Part shown: positions 36,819 through 47,027 of the stretch, piece by piece
Numbering within the stretch: position 1 is the first letter of the stretch
Layout: each line of letters starts with the position of its first letter
Virus record (IMG/VR): IMGVR_UViG_3300032116_000047
Strand: one strand, 5' to 3'
From: an uncultured virus (IMG/VR IMGVR_UViG_3300032116_000047)
Taxonomy: Duplodnaviria; Heunggongvirae; Uroviricota; Caudoviricetes
Length of the DNA: 64,000 nucleotides
The notes under the pieces: generated by a model
The model's input: the letters and a program-made list of their open reading frames with translations, nothing else
The model's database searches: none
Told to the model about the DNA's origin: nothing
Position numbers and translations under genes: made by a program

Positions 36819-37292
36819 ATGAGAATTCTTAATTTTAATTTATTTTGTGAAGCAAGATTAGCAGATATTTTGAATATCAAAGGTGATTCCGAATTAGCAA
36901 AAGAACTACAGAAAGTAAAAGAATTGGAATTTGATTTAAACTCTAAATTACCCACTTCAATAATTCTAAAAAATCAATCTATTTTAAAATTAAAATGGTA
37001 TGATACCGCGACACATGATCTTGTAAAAAAGATTAAAGAAAGAACAAGTTTTGCAAGTATTGAACACTTTATTGAATATTTACAAAATAAATTAACTGAA
37101 GTTTTTCCATATAAGTTAGGAAAAGAGTTATTTAAAACAGGAAAATACTCAATTTATTTAAAAGAATATAATATATCTATAATAATAGGATTCGATCTTA
37201 ATAAAAATATGAATGACTCATATTTTATAAACATTGTTACAATTCTACCTGGTAGAAAAGGAAATAACATCGTAAGATTTATTGATATTTAA
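36819..37292 (+). CDS. Hypothetical protein (MRILNFNLFCE start)
   Basis: 157 aa ORF after TATATA. Confidence 0.65.
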   Translation: MRILNFNLFCEARLADILNIKGDSELAKELQKVKELEFDLNSKLPTSIILKNQSILKLKWYDTATHDLVKKIKERTSFASIEHFIEYLQNKLTEVFPYKLGKELFKTGKYSIYLKEYNISIIIGFDLNKNMNDSYFINIVTILPGRKGNNIVRFIDI

Positions 37293-37307
37293 AAAAAATA
37301 ACTATAT

Positions 37308-37562
37308 TTGTATATGATAAATTCAGAATTAGACATAAAATCAAAATTTATTGAAATGTGTAAATTAATGTTCCTTAACTCAGAAGGCAAAGTTGTTTTC
37401 CCCTTTGATGACTTAAGACATGATGATGATTATAATGATTTTATTAATCATAACGACTGGTCAATACTTGAATCTAAAATGAACAATTTAGTAGAGCTAG
37501 CTAACACTGACATTGCGGTTTATGAAAAAGACTTAGAGACTGAAATCTGGGAAATGATTTAA
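37308..37562 (+). CDS. Hypothetical protein
   Basis: 84 aa ORF; TATATTTG element at its start. Confidence 0.55.
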   Translation: MYMINSELDIKSKFIEMCKLMFLNSEGKVVFPFDDLRHDDDYNDFINHNDWSILESKMNNLVELANTDIAVYEKDLETEIWEMI

Positions 37563-38299
37563 TCTAAAATCTTTAATATAATTTTTTCGACAAATTCTTT
37601 CATATCATTTGGACAAATAGTGTCAATAGTATCACTTTTTGAGTGACAATTCCAAAGCATTGAATAATCTAAATAAGTTTCAGAATTCCACTTAACATCT
37701 GATATACCCTCTTTTAGAGGAGGTAATGGATTAATAACACAAGAATCTATTCCATTCCTGCGTAAAGTAACAGAATCATTATAAGGTGTATTGACCACGG
37801 GGCAATTAAAAATAGATTTAATATGTTCGTGAAGTTTTCCGGGATAGTTTCCAATAAAAAAGTGTTTTCCTCCTCGACCGGTCAATTCTAAATTAAGAAC
37901 CCAGTCAATATTACCAAATTCATTATCTAAAATTTGATTTGAGAGTCTTTGACTTCCGATTCCACCACATTCTTCACCATCAACTAAAACAACATTTATA
38001 TGGGGCATTAGTTTCTTTATCATAATAGCATTTATACAAGATGCGGAATTATCATTGGCATTGTCAATATTTGGATTAACAATATCATGATGAGCAACAA
38101 CCATTCGGTCTGAAGAACCTTTCATTATGATGTTATAACCCCAAGTACCAGAAGTTTCATATTTATCTAACTGATATTCAATATCCTCCGAATGAATCAA
38201 ATCGATTAGAAATTGAACTCGTGGGGAAGGCACGTCGGAATTCTGAAAGATATTTCCTTCATTTCTAACTTTACAGAAATCATATATTTTATTATACAT
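37559..38299 (-). CDS. M28-family Zn peptidase
   Basis: VVAHHD, NANDNSAS, DGEE, NLELTG, CHSKSD motifs. Confidence 0.85.
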   Translation of the reverse strand: MYNKIYDFCKVRNEGNIFQNSDVPSPRVQFLIDLIHSEDIEYQLDKYETSGTWGYNIIMKGSSDRMVVAHHDIVNPNIDNANDNSASCINAIMIKKLMPHINVVLVDGEECGGIGSQRLSNQILDNEFGNIDWVLNLELTGRGGKHFFIGNYPGKLHEHIKSIFNCPVVNTPYNDSVTLRRNGIDSCVINPLPPLKEGISDVKWNSETYLDYSMLWNCHSKSDTIDTICPNDMKEFVEKIILKILD

Positions 38300-38325
38300 T
38301 ATTTATAACTTTTAGAAGTTGAAAC

Positions 38326-38354
38326 AAAACCTCTGACAATTATCAGGGTTTTTT
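38326..38354. terminator. Intrinsic terminator
   Basis: AAAACCtCTGA...TCAGGGTTTTTT hairpin. Confidence 0.7.
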
Positions 38355-38357
38355 AAA

Positions 38358-38849
38358 TTAATCATGGTCATAATCAGAGATATCAACACTCGACTTTGCT
38401 ACTGTAACCTCAGCGTGGTCTCCAAATTTATCAAGATAAAAATCATTATCAAAATTATTCAAAAAATCTATAATTTCAGAACAGGCTTTGGATAACTCCA
38501 CATCATAGTCAGGGTTTGGTTCATCTACTCTACCTACATATGATCTTGTTTCTGAGTTCCAAGTTCCCCAATTAATAATATTAACCTCACTTGACCAATT
38601 ACAATCATCAACCCATTCATCATTAATTTTTATGTAATCTGTATTTGCTGAGAAAATTGTCGAGTCCCCATCATTAAAATACGGAGTATATTGTGACCAA
38701 CCAAAAGATTCTAGTTTAGAATATTTATCAAAAATGTAATTTCTAAAATCATCAAAAATATCAGTAGATATATCTAAAAGCTCTTTTTTGAGTTTACTGA
38801 TATCTGAATTTTTCTGTCTAACTAATTCTAATTTTTCTTTATATGACAT
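38358..38849 (-). CDS. Phage hypothetical protein
   Basis: WSQYTPYFNDGD and FGDHAEV motifs. Confidence 0.7.
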   Translation of the reverse strand: MSYKEKLELVRQKNSDISKLKKELLDISTDIFDDFRNYIFDKYSKLESFGWSQYTPYFNDGDSTIFSANTDYIKINDEWVDDCNWSSEVNIINWGTWNSETRSYVGRVDEPNPDYDVELSKACSEIIDFLNNFDNDFYLDKFGDHAEVTVAKSSVDISDYDHD

Positions 38850-38852
38850 AAT

Positions 38853-39581
38853 TTATTTGTTTTCAATTTTTGCAAGTATATCTGATAATTTCATATCTAA
38901 TAAATCTTTAAAATCTTCTGGTTTAATTCTAAACTTTTCTCCTGTTTTTTGACAAGTCCAATCAATAATTGAAAGATGATGTCTGTTTTCATCAAGAAGT
39001 GTCTTTGAGATAACTTCCATAAGTGCTTTTTCTTTATTTACGACAATGTCAATTTTTCTAATATCAGTTGTTTTAACAATTAGTGGTTCTTCTCCAGTAA
39101 GAATAGAACCTAAAGAGATATTTCTTGACTCTTCTGTTGTTAGTTTTCGGAAAGCCCAACCATTAAACTTAAGTTTTCTTTTAATTCCCTCAAATTTAAT
39201 TTTAGTCTCAGTGTGTGTCCAAGATCTACCACCCCATCCATTTTTTTCAGATTCCGTTTTTTCTAACTTTTCAATTTTATACATTGAACCTTTGGCTAAA
39301 GTTTTATAATGATCTGAGTTACAAACTAAAATCTCACCTTCTTTACAATCCTCAAATTTGATAAATCTTTCAACTTGTGGTTGAGTAGATGTATAGTTTA
39401 CTTTAGCAATGGGGTTTCCACTACTATCAGTAAAACTATCAACTGAGTATCTACCAAATCCAACTAATTGTAGTTTTCCCTCAACCCATCTTTGATTGTT
39501 TCCTGCGTTCCAGAGGTTTTGAACTTCATATCGATGACCTTTAAGAAGTTTTTTATTTGCTACTTTTGAAATTACTATCAT
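38853..39581 (-). CDS. Hypothetical protein
   Basis: Long ORF; likely start MIVISK. Confidence 0.65.
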   Translation of the reverse strand: MIVISKVANKKLLKGHRYEVQNLWNAGNNQRWVEGKLQLVGFGRYSVDSFTDSSGNPIAKVNYTSTQPQVERFIKFEDCKEGEILVCNSDHYKTLAKGSMYKIEKLEKTESEKNGWGGRSWTHTETKIKFEGIKRKLKFNGWAFRKLTTEESRNISLGSILTGEEPLIVKTTDIRKIDIVVNKEKALMEVISKTLLDENRHHLSIIDWTCQKTGEKFRIKPEDFKDLLDMKLSDILAKIENK

Positions 39582-39750
39582 AATTTTGTTGTTTTTTAAA
39601 TGTTTTCCAATTATATCTTTTTTCACTATAAACTACGATGAAAATGGCCCAAATTATAACTATGGGAAGCGACCAGTAAGTCCAACAGAAGTAGAACATT
39701 AAAATATGTAATATCAGTGATACTATTGGTGAATAAATTATATCTTTCAT
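39553..39750 (-). CDS. Small two-TM membrane protein
   Basis: 65 aa with hydrophobic helices, in operon spacing. Confidence 0.55.
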   Translation of the reverse strand: MKDIIYSPIVSLILHILMFYFCWTYWSLPIVIIWAIFIVVYSEKRYNWKTFKKQQNYDSNFKSSK

Positions 39751-39751
39751 C

Positions 39752-40147
39752 TTAATCTAAATTTACTTTTATATTTCCTTTTTGTGATATTTTCTCGAAT
39801 GAACTAGGATGCCCTTTTATACCATTTTGCATCCAATCTTTGAATTCCATATTCTCAATGTAGTCCTGCGCGGTAGGTATGAACTTCATACCAAAATCTT
39901 CGAGTAGGTGACCCTCACAAATGTCTTTGACAGAAACTTCTTTTCCTGCTGAATTTTTAATAACATATCCAAAAATTGGTATCATAACTTCATGTATCCA
40001 AAATGAGTGGTGAGTCAAGCATCTATGTCTGTTATCAGAAATATAAGCTTTAGAACAATCCATTTTTATATGTATATTTAAATAATCTTCTGGCTCACCA
40101 CCGAATTTTCTAGCTGAAGATTTTGAATGTATCCATGCGTTTGCCAT
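39752..40147 (-). CDS. Hypothetical protein (DUF6915-like)
   Basis: HSKSSARKFGGEPEDY, RHR..HH, EGHLLED motifs. Confidence 0.65.
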   Translation of the reverse strand: MANAWIHSKSSARKFGGEPEDYLNIHIKMDCSKAYISDNRHRCLTHHSFWIHEVMIPIFGYVIKNSAGKEVSVKDICEGHLLEDFGMKFIPTAQDYIENMEFKDWMQNGIKGHPSSFEKISQKGNIKVNLD

Positions 40148-40150
40148 AAT

Positions 40151-40588
40151 TTATATTTTAATTTTATTTACTAATTCAACTAAATCTTCTTTTTTTAACT
40201 TATTAAAAAGAACTTCTAATAACATTTTGTTTTCTTCTATATTATTTAGTGTCATCCACTCAGATACAAAGTTAGAATAATCTTCTAATTCACCAATACC
40301 TAAAGATAACATTTTAATATTTCTTTCCCAAGAAAGACCACCCGATACATGAAAATTCCCAAAATTGTGAATCTTTGAAACAAATTCATCATACGAGTTA
40401 AAAACTTGACCATCTTTAATATATGGCTCTACTAAATCAATTTCTCTAACTAAACCAACATTGTTAAACATTTCATCTGCGATATTCTTAGAATCTTTGA
40501 GTCCTAATCCAGTGCAGTCCTTAATTAACTTGACAACTGCAAGTTTGTTATCACATCGAGAAAGTAATTTAAATCTTATTTTTCTCAT
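40151..40588 (-). CDS. Protein with a ribosomal L7/L12 C-terminal-like domain
   Basis: NKLAVVKLIKDCTGLGLKDSKNIAD resembles KxxVIKxVRxxTGLGLKEAK. Confidence 0.7.
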   Translation of the reverse strand: MRKIRFKLLSRCDNKLAVVKLIKDCTGLGLKDSKNIADEMFNNVGLVREIDLVEPYIKDGQVFNSYDEFVSKIHNFGNFHVSGGLSWERNIKMLSLGIGELEDYSNFVSEWMTLNNIEENKMLLEVLFNKLKKEDLVELVNKIKI

Positions 40589-41208
40589 AGAGCAAATTCT
40601 TTTGTTGTCATTTTATCTTTAAGATAATTATCAATTATTATTTTATCTATGACATTAACTTGTGTTAAGGCGTCTCCATAATAAGGACTATCATTATTAT
40701 AATTGTGAATGACATAAGTCGCTAGTTTATTCTTTTCCAATTCGTCCATTTCTAACTTTGATAAAGAGTAAATAGAAGAGACTGATTTATTTGTTAAGTA
40801 TTTACATCTTTCTACCCTATCAGAATAAGGCGCAAAAACAGATATAGAAGAATCCATACCTTTATTCCATTCTCTTTCAAAAAGAATAGAAGAGTGAAAT
40901 ATGCAATAAATGGATTTTTTATTTTTTTCTAAAAACTTTTCCCAGGCTCGATAAAGTTCCGGTTCGACAACATCTAGTATTTTTGATAATTTACCATCTG
41001 TTTTTATTTTTTCTTCGTTAAGTTTTCCGTCACTAAAATATACACGACCAACTCTATCTGAAACTTCGGCTTGAAGTTCATAGTTGTGACTTAAAATAAA
41101 TTTAAGAATAACATCTGCTTCAAACACAGGAATACCTATCTGCTTGAAAAGTGTTGCAATTCTATTTTTGCCAGAATAACGATTACCAGATAACCCAATC
41201 TTAATCAT
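40585..41208 (-). CDS. coaE: Dephospho-CoA kinase-like protein
   Basis: IGLSGNRYSGK P-loop, GIPVFEAD, ILFE, ATYVIHN. Confidence 0.8.
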   Translation of the reverse strand: MIKIGLSGNRYSGKNRIATLFKQIGIPVFEADVILKFILSHNYELQAEVSDRVGRVYFSDGKLNEEKIKTDGKLSKILDVVEPELYRAWEKFLEKNKKSIYCIFHSSILFEREWNKGMDSSISVFAPYSDRVERCKYLTNKSVSSIYSLSKLEMDELEKNKLATYVIHNYNNDSPYYGDALTQVNVIDKIIIDNYLKDKMTTKEFAL

Positions 41209-41276
41209 ATGTAGATAATTTTTACAAATATATACTTTTTTTAAAACAAATCAAAATAATAACATATTAAATTTCG

Positions 41277-42260
41277 ATGAATTGGACTTTAGAAGAACTT
41301 GGCTTCATACTTTATAATAATAGATCTGTAAGCGGAGTAGTTAAAAACTTTATTCCTAAAACTATAAATCCCTTTAAACTAACTAAATTAGAAAAAATAT
41401 TAAAAAAATCAAAATCCAAGTTTCAATCAGATGATAGAATGGTTGAAATCAATATAAAGGAAATCAACCAAAAATCAAATGATGTCTTAGTTAATCCTGA
41501 AGAATTAAAGAGACTATCAGAAGAGTTCTACTTAAATGTTGGTAAATTCTCTTACGATGAAACTAATTTTCTTTTTGATAGAGGAATAGATGCGGAAGTT
41601 ATGTGGAAATGGCAACTATTTGGTCTTTCAAAAATTAAAGATAGAAGAAAATTAGAAATTATAGGAGCCACCGTTCATCCCTCGATGAGAGGTTTCTTAG
41701 ATGATGCTATAGAAAGTGGTGGTATTGTTATTCCTCTTTTTGATAAAGATGAGAATCTTATAAACTGCGCTGTTAGAAAAATATCAATAGAAAATAACGG
41801 TTCAAAAACACTCAAATATACTTTGGCTTGTCCTGATATACCAGTCTGGGGATTAGATGAAATTAAAGAAGGTGATGAGTTTTGGATTACAGAAGGTATC
41901 TTTGATACAATGGCAATTTATGAGTTAGGTGAAAAATCAGTTTCTTGTTCGTCAGCTATGTGGTCAGGAATTCAACTTTATCAATTATTAGAAAAGAAAC
42001 CTAAGATGATTAAATTCTTTTCAGATAATGATGAAGTTGGACTAAGAACATCAGCTATACTAAAAGACTTTTTCTCTGAATACAATATACCTTCTAAAAT
42101 ATACATAAGTGAGGATTATAAAGACGCATCAGAACTTTATTTCTTAAAGAAGATGGATTTATCAACTTTAAAAGAAATTGAAGTTACAGACGATATGATT
42201 AATCTAAATAAAGACAATTCATTTAATTTTATAGAACATCTTAAGAGGAGAAAATTCTAA
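41277..42260 (+). CDS. Toprim-domain DNA primase-like protein
   Basis: ITEGIFD, SDNDEVG, KDASE motifs. Confidence 0.8.
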   Translation: MNWTLEELGFILYNNRSVSGVVKNFIPKTINPFKLTKLEKILKKSKSKFQSDDRMVEINIKEINQKSNDVLVNPEELKRLSEEFYLNVGKFSYDETNFLFDRGIDAEVMWKWQLFGLSKIKDRRKLEIIGATVHPSMRGFLDDAIESGGIVIPLFDKDENLINCAVRKISIENNGSKTLKYTLACPDIPVWGLDEIKEGDEFWITEGIFDTMAIYELGEKSVSCSSAMWSGIQLYQLLEKKPKMIKFFSDNDEVGLRTSAILKDFFSEYNIPSKIYISEDYKDASELYFLKKMDLSTLKEIEVTDDMINLNKDNSFNFIEHLKRRKF

Positions 42261-42298
42261 TCCAATTTTTAATATATAATAGAAATTAAAGTGTTAAA

Positions 42299-42556
42299 AT
42301 GAAACATTTAAAACAATTTGAATCATTCTCTAAAATATATGAGAATAGTGGTGAAAAAACCACAGAAGAAGTTATTGCAAAATATCAACAAATGCCTGGT
42401 TTGTGGAATATGGCAAGAGACCAATATTACAATGTAATCACAGGTAGTGAAATGGCCTTAAAAGAACTTGAAGAGTTTTATCCTAATTGGACCATTGAAG
42501 ATTTCAAAGAAGTTTATATTGCTATGGAAGGTGAACTACCTGAAGAAGAAATGTAA
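42299..42556 (+). CDS. Hypothetical protein (MKHLKQFESF start)
   Basis: 85 aa ORF after TAATATATA. Confidence 0.65.
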   Translation: MKHLKQFESFSKIYENSGEKTTEEVIAKYQQMPGLWNMARDQYYNVITGSEMALKELEEFYPNWTIEDFKEVYIAMEGELPEEEM

Positions 42557-42566
42557 AAAAGATTAG

Positions 42567-42592
42567 AAACCCACCAAAAACGGTGGGTTTTT
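42567..42592 (+). terminator. Intrinsic terminator
   Basis: AAACCCACC-aaaaac-GGTGGGTTTTT. Confidence 0.8.
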
Positions 42593-42609
42593 TATTTAAT
42601 ATATACTCT

Positions 42610-43605
42610 ATGAAACTAAGAAGATATGGTCAGTTTATAAATGAATCAGTTGAAGTAACTGACGACCTAATCAATCTACTTGTAGAAAGAGGAGAATTCT
42701 GGGAAGAACTTATGGAATTAGATTATTCACGATTTGACTTTACATATAGTTATTCCGATATGTGTAAAAGAGAAGGTAGAAATCCAAAGGATGACTTTCA
42801 AAGAATTCAGAAACATTTTGACCAAATAGGATTTAATTTAGAAAAACTAAAAGACATTTTCTCAGAAGAATGGAATAAAAAATGTGGATATAGCCTTTAT
42901 GACCTTTATAAAGGAGACAGTAGTCAAAGAAATAGAGAACCATTTAAAAGTATTATTGAGGCGGTTAAAAAGAAGTTAGTTTTCCCGGTTGGACACAATG
43001 CACAATATCATACTATAATGAATCCATTTTCAGGTTATTCAAGTTTAGATTCACAAAATGCAGCAGTTGATGTTTATCTTTATTTTCTTTTTGAAGAATT
43101 GAGAGTTTCAGGACATGGACCAGTTTGGTTAGGTGGAGACGGTTGGGGAAATGTCGATTTAGAAGATGGTGATGAATTTTCAGAAGCATTTATCAGATAT
43201 AGATATGGATATCATCAAACAGAGTATGGAAAACTTTGGATGGAACAATGTGGAGTAGATGAAAAGTGGTTTGAAGAAAGAGCTATGCGGGATTTACAGA
43301 AATATCTGACAGAAGAATTTATAGATATTATTCAACGAGTTGATCGTTCAAAAGATATGACAGGTTTATCTTTAGATAATTACTCTATAATAGAAGAAGA
43401 TAGAATTATTATTGATTTATCAAAATTAGTAGAGGATATTAAAAAATGTCCAATAAGTAGATATTTGGGTGGTGAAAAAGATTATGTAGTGGATGAGGAA
43501 AATATAGTTGCTCAATTCACTAAAGGATTAAGTGGATTCCATTTAGATATAGAACTTACTGATACAGATGACTTAATTATCTGGGGTAAGTTTAAGGAGG
43601 ATTAA
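42610..43605 (+). CDS. Hypothetical protein (start MKLRRYGQFINE)
   Basis: TAATATATA directly upstream of ATG 42610. Confidence 0.7.
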   Translation: MKLRRYGQFINESVEVTDDLINLLVERGEFWEELMELDYSRFDFTYSYSDMCKREGRNPKDDFQRIQKHFDQIGFNLEKLKDIFSEEWNKKCGYSLYDLYKGDSSQRNREPFKSIIEAVKKKLVFPVGHNAQYHTIMNPFSGYSSLDSQNAAVDVYLYFLFEELRVSGHGPVWLGGDGWGNVDLEDGDEFSEAFIRYRYGYHQTEYGKLWMEQCGVDEKWFEERAMRDLQKYLTEEFIDIIQRVDRSKDMTGLSLDNYSIIEEDRIIIDLSKLVEDIKKCPISRYLGGEKDYVVDEENIVAQFTKGLSGFHLDIELTDTDDLIIWGKFKED

Positions 43606-43635
43606 ACAATAAATTAAACAAAAAGTATAAATATT

Positions 43636-44742
43636 ATGATAGTAAATTTAAAAAGTCAAACAGACCTTTCAGGATTTTATGTAGTCTATGAAGGATCAAC
43701 CAACTTAGAAAAGAAAGGTTGGTATGGAATAAGCCATTTAATGGAACACCTTATGTGTAAGAACTTTGACCATCTTCAAGAAGATTTTGACCGAGACGGG
43801 ATAGAATGGAATGCTTATACTTCTTCAAATGAGATCGTATTTTACTTAACTGGTTTAGAGGATAAAGTTAATAAGTGGAAAGGTGAGTTTATGGACTTAC
43901 TTGGAGGTTTCAATGTTAAAAAGGCAGAGTTCGAAAATGAAAGAAATATTGTATTAGAAGAATATATGGACTCTTTCAATGAACAAACTCAGTGCCATGT
44001 GTTAAATCTTTCTAGAAAATTATTCGGAGATTTTGATCCAATTGGTTTAAAAGAAGATTTAGAAAACTTAAAGTTTATGGATTGTCTTAACTTCTTTGAA
44101 TTACAATATGCAAAACCAACAAAGATTATTAATGTGTCTAAAAAAGACTATAAAAACCCTACATTAGATTTTGCAGACAGAACAATTATTAAACCAATTT
44201 CTTATGGAAATCATAATGTCCCTTTAGAATTAAATAATGATTGGAAAGATAAAACATCTATTGCCATTCTTTCTCCAGTAATCAACGAAGATTTTGCTTA
44301 CATACACTTTATTAATGCGATGTTATCGTTGGGTTTAAAATCTCCACTTTATCAAGAAATTAGAGAAAAAAGAGGACTTGTATATTACGTTCATTGTTAC
44401 CAAAGTAGAATGAATAACCAAGGTTTAAACTCAATTTCAACTCAAACATCGAATAGAAACTTTAATGCAGTTGTTGATGCTGTTGAAGGTGTGATTAAAA
44501 ATCCTAAGAAATTCTTAACTAAAGATAGATTTAACCTAGTTAAAGATTACTATACAGTAAGAATGCAAAAAGATGAGATTTTAAGATATAAAAATGTTAA
44601 TCAGTGGATAAATCCCGAAGGTTGGTCTGTGTATGATATTTTAGATAAAATCACTTTAAAGAAAGTATTAGAAGTTTATGACAAATATTATCAATTTGAT
44701 AGCTTCTATATTTCAAATGATAAGAAGGAATTTAAGAAGTAG
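43636..44742 (+). CDS. M16-family zinc peptidase
   Basis: GISHLMEHL (HxxEH), NAYTS, ENERNIVLEE, EIREKRGLVY. Confidence 0.9.
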   Translation: MIVNLKSQTDLSGFYVVYEGSTNLEKKGWYGISHLMEHLMCKNFDHLQEDFDRDGIEWNAYTSSNEIVFYLTGLEDKVNKWKGEFMDLLGGFNVKKAEFENERNIVLEEYMDSFNEQTQCHVLNLSRKLFGDFDPIGLKEDLENLKFMDCLNFFELQYAKPTKIINVSKKDYKNPTLDFADRTIIKPISYGNHNVPLELNNDWKDKTSIAILSPVINEDFAYIHFINAMLSLGLKSPLYQEIREKRGLVYYVHCYQSRMNNQGLNSISTQTSNRNFNAVVDAVEGVIKNPKKFLTKDRFNLVKDYYTVRMQKDEILRYKNVNQWINPEGWSVYDILDKITLKKVLEVYDKYYQFDSFYISNDKKEFKK

Positions 44743-45468
44743 ATGTTAATTCCTTATTTAGGTAATAAAGAAAAATTTTCAAGTTTTATAACTCCGAATA
44801 TCCCTAGTGATATATCTACCTATGTGGAGCCGTTTGGTGGAGCCATGGGAGTTTTCTTTTCATTGGACTTTTCAAAGTTCAGAGATGTTAAATTTATCTA
44901 TAATGATATAAACTATCTAAATTTTAATCTTTTTTATATTCTTAAAAATGATCCAAGATTTATTGAGATAGTTAAAGGTATAAAAGTTGATAAAGAAAGG
45001 TATAAACAATCATTAAAAGAGATTTATTTAGAAACTGATAACATGACAAAGGCAATTAATTGGCTTATTGTCTTAACTTGTTCTGCTCCAAATCAAATAG
45101 GTAAAGATTCTTGGAGAGGTGATATGGAATTTGAAGTTTTTAAATTAAAATGGAGAGCATATGAACCACATTTAAATAAAGTTTCCGAAATATTAAATGT
45201 TGATTACAAAGAGGTTATAGAAAAATATGACTCACCTGAAACTTTCTTTTATTTGGATCCTCCTTATATGGGTAGAGAGAAGTATTATATTAATCATGAC
45301 TTTAATGAAAATTCACATTACGAATTAGCGTCTATTCTTTATAAAATAAAGGGTAGATTTTTACTTTCTTATTATCACTTTGATGGAATTGAAGAGTTAT
45401 ATCCAAATTGTAGGTTTGAATTTAAAAAGACTATAATGGGAACTGAGTATATTATTATGAATTACTAA
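44743..45468 (+). CDS. Dam/D12-class DNA adenine methyltransferase
   Basis: YVEPFGGA, YNDIN and FYLDPPY motifs. Confidence 0.9.
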   Translation: MLIPYLGNKEKFSSFITPNIPSDISTYVEPFGGAMGVFFSLDFSKFRDVKFIYNDINYLNFNLFYILKNDPRFIEIVKGIKVDKERYKQSLKEIYLETDNMTKAINWLIVLTCSAPNQIGKDSWRGDMEFEVFKLKWRAYEPHLNKVSEILNVDYKEVIEKYDSPETFFYLDPPYMGREKYYINHDFNENSHYELASILYKIKGRFLLSYYHFDGIEELYPNCRFEFKKTIMGTEYIIMNY

Positions 45469-45514
45469 AATTGATTTAAAATTTTAATATATAAATCAGA
45501 AAAAAAAGGATAAT

Positions 45515-46216
45515 ATGAAACATATTAAATTATTTGAAAACTTTTTATTAGAAGAAGCTGCAAATACTAATCTTGAATTGAAATCAATTTTTAAGAATTT
45601 AGTTAATGAACTAAGGAAAATGGGACTTGTAGTAAAGTTTGAATATAAAATATTTGGAAATGAAAATGAATTTAAAAAATTTATTCCAAGTAAAAATTTA
45701 TTTGAAGGTGACTATAATGCTTATTTAATTATGAATGATAATGATAGTCCTTCAATAGGAGGTTCGACTCAATTTTATTTTAATCCGAGTATGGATAAAG
45801 AGAAATGTAAAAGTTATGCTCAAAATGTAAAGTCTCACATAGATAAAACATATGATATATTAAGTTCTGAAATACTAGATATGATGGATGGAGGTGTAGG
45901 TTTATTAATAAAACCAAAAGCATCTATAAATAAATCAAATTTGGAACATTCTATGGATGCTAATAAATTTATGGGTCTAAAAAGAACTAAAGCAGAAGAC
46001 GGAATTTCTTATTTAGTCGGATCAGGTTGGGAATATATTAACAATAGTATGGAAAAGACTAAAGAGTATCAATTGATAAAAATTGATGACAATAACAAAA
46101 CGGTTCAACTCTCCCGAGGATACGGAATGGATCTCGAAAGAAGTCCGAAGAAGGACAAGCTAATCAATATAGCAAAAGAGTTCGCTAAGAAAAACGGATA
46201 TCAGTATAAACAATAA
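45515..46216 (+). CDS. Hypothetical protein (MKHIKLFENFLLEE start)
   Basis: 233 aa ORF after TAATATATA. Confidence 0.7.
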   Translation: MKHIKLFENFLLEEAANTNLELKSIFKNLVNELRKMGLVVKFEYKIFGNENEFKKFIPSKNLFEGDYNAYLIMNDNDSPSIGGSTQFYFNPSMDKEKCKSYAQNVKSHIDKTYDILSSEILDMMDGGVGLLIKPKASINKSNLEHSMDANKFMGLKRTKAEDGISYLVGSGWEYINNSMEKTKEYQLIKIDDNNKTVQLSRGYGMDLERSPKKDKLINIAKEFAKKNGYQYKQ

Positions 46217-46228
46217 GTGATTTATAAT

Positions 46229-46257
46229 AAAAAACCTCTCAATTTTGAGAGGTTTTT
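46229..46257. terminator. Bidirectional intrinsic terminator between convergent genes
   Basis: AAAAACCTCTCAA-t-TTTGAGAGGTTTTT. Confidence 0.85.
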
Positions 46258-46262
46258 CTTTT

Positions 46263-46820
46263 TTAATTTGATTTTACGTAATCTATTAGTTTTAATAAAT
46301 TCTCGGTATTATGAGGATATTTGTCTAATAAAGATTCTAAGAATTTTAATCTACCGACTTTATATTCATCTTTAGGATAAACCGAAAACTCTTCACTAAT
46401 TCCATTTTCCCATTCTAACAATTGGTCAAAATCTTTTTCAACAATACTCATATCATAGTGATTAAATGTCTCTGAAAGGTTTGTTGTAGATTGATGAGTC
46501 TTTGTATCTAAAATCATTTGTTTTACTTCTAAAACGTCTGAATTACTTTTATCAAATACACATTCCATTAAAAAATTAGCAGAATCCTCTTCATTTGTAG
46601 AACTCATTGGGTCATAAACACAATCGTGGAAAAGAGCAGTCAACATTAACTTCTCATATTCTTTTTCAGAGTATTTAGATTTGCTCTCATTAATTTGTTC
46701 AATTAAATCATTTAGGTGATTTAAGTTATGATAGTGTCTGTGTGATTCGTTCCACATTGAAAGAAGTGTATTAACATCGCATTTGATATTCCATTTATGG
46801 AGTAGTTCTTGTAAATTCAT
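46263..46820 (-). CDS. HD-superfamily metal-dependent phosphohydrolase
   Basis: RHYHNLNH, LFHDCVYDP, NEEDSA motifs. Confidence 0.85.
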   Translation of the reverse strand: MNLQELLHKWNIKCDVNTLLSMWNESHRHYHNLNHLNDLIEQINESKSKYSEKEYEKLMLTALFHDCVYDPMSSTNEEDSANFLMECVFDKSNSDVLEVKQMILDTKTHQSTTNLSETFNHYDMSIVEKDFDQLLEWENGISEEFSVYPKDEYKVGRLKFLESLLDKYPHNTENLLKLIDYVKSN

Positions 46821-46838
46821 AAAAAAGATAATTTTTGA

Positions 46839-47027
46839 TTATATATTAAATAGTCTTTTTATAGTTTCTTTTCTTTTCTGAGCTCTTTCATGGCTATCAT
46901 ATAAATGTTTCCAAGCCATTAAAGAAGCTGTAACACTTGATTTACCAGTTTGTCTAGCTTTCAAGATCATAGCTTGTTTATTGCCATTTAGTAATTGACC
47001 AAATATATCTAAAGTTTCTTTATTCAT
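46839..47027 (-). CDS. 62-aa micro-protein with a terminase-like Walker A motif
   Basis: MILKARQTGKSS. Confidence 0.6.
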   Translation of the reverse strand: MNKETLDIFGQLLNGNKQAMILKARQTGKSSVTASLMAWKHLYDSHERAQKRKETIKRLFNI

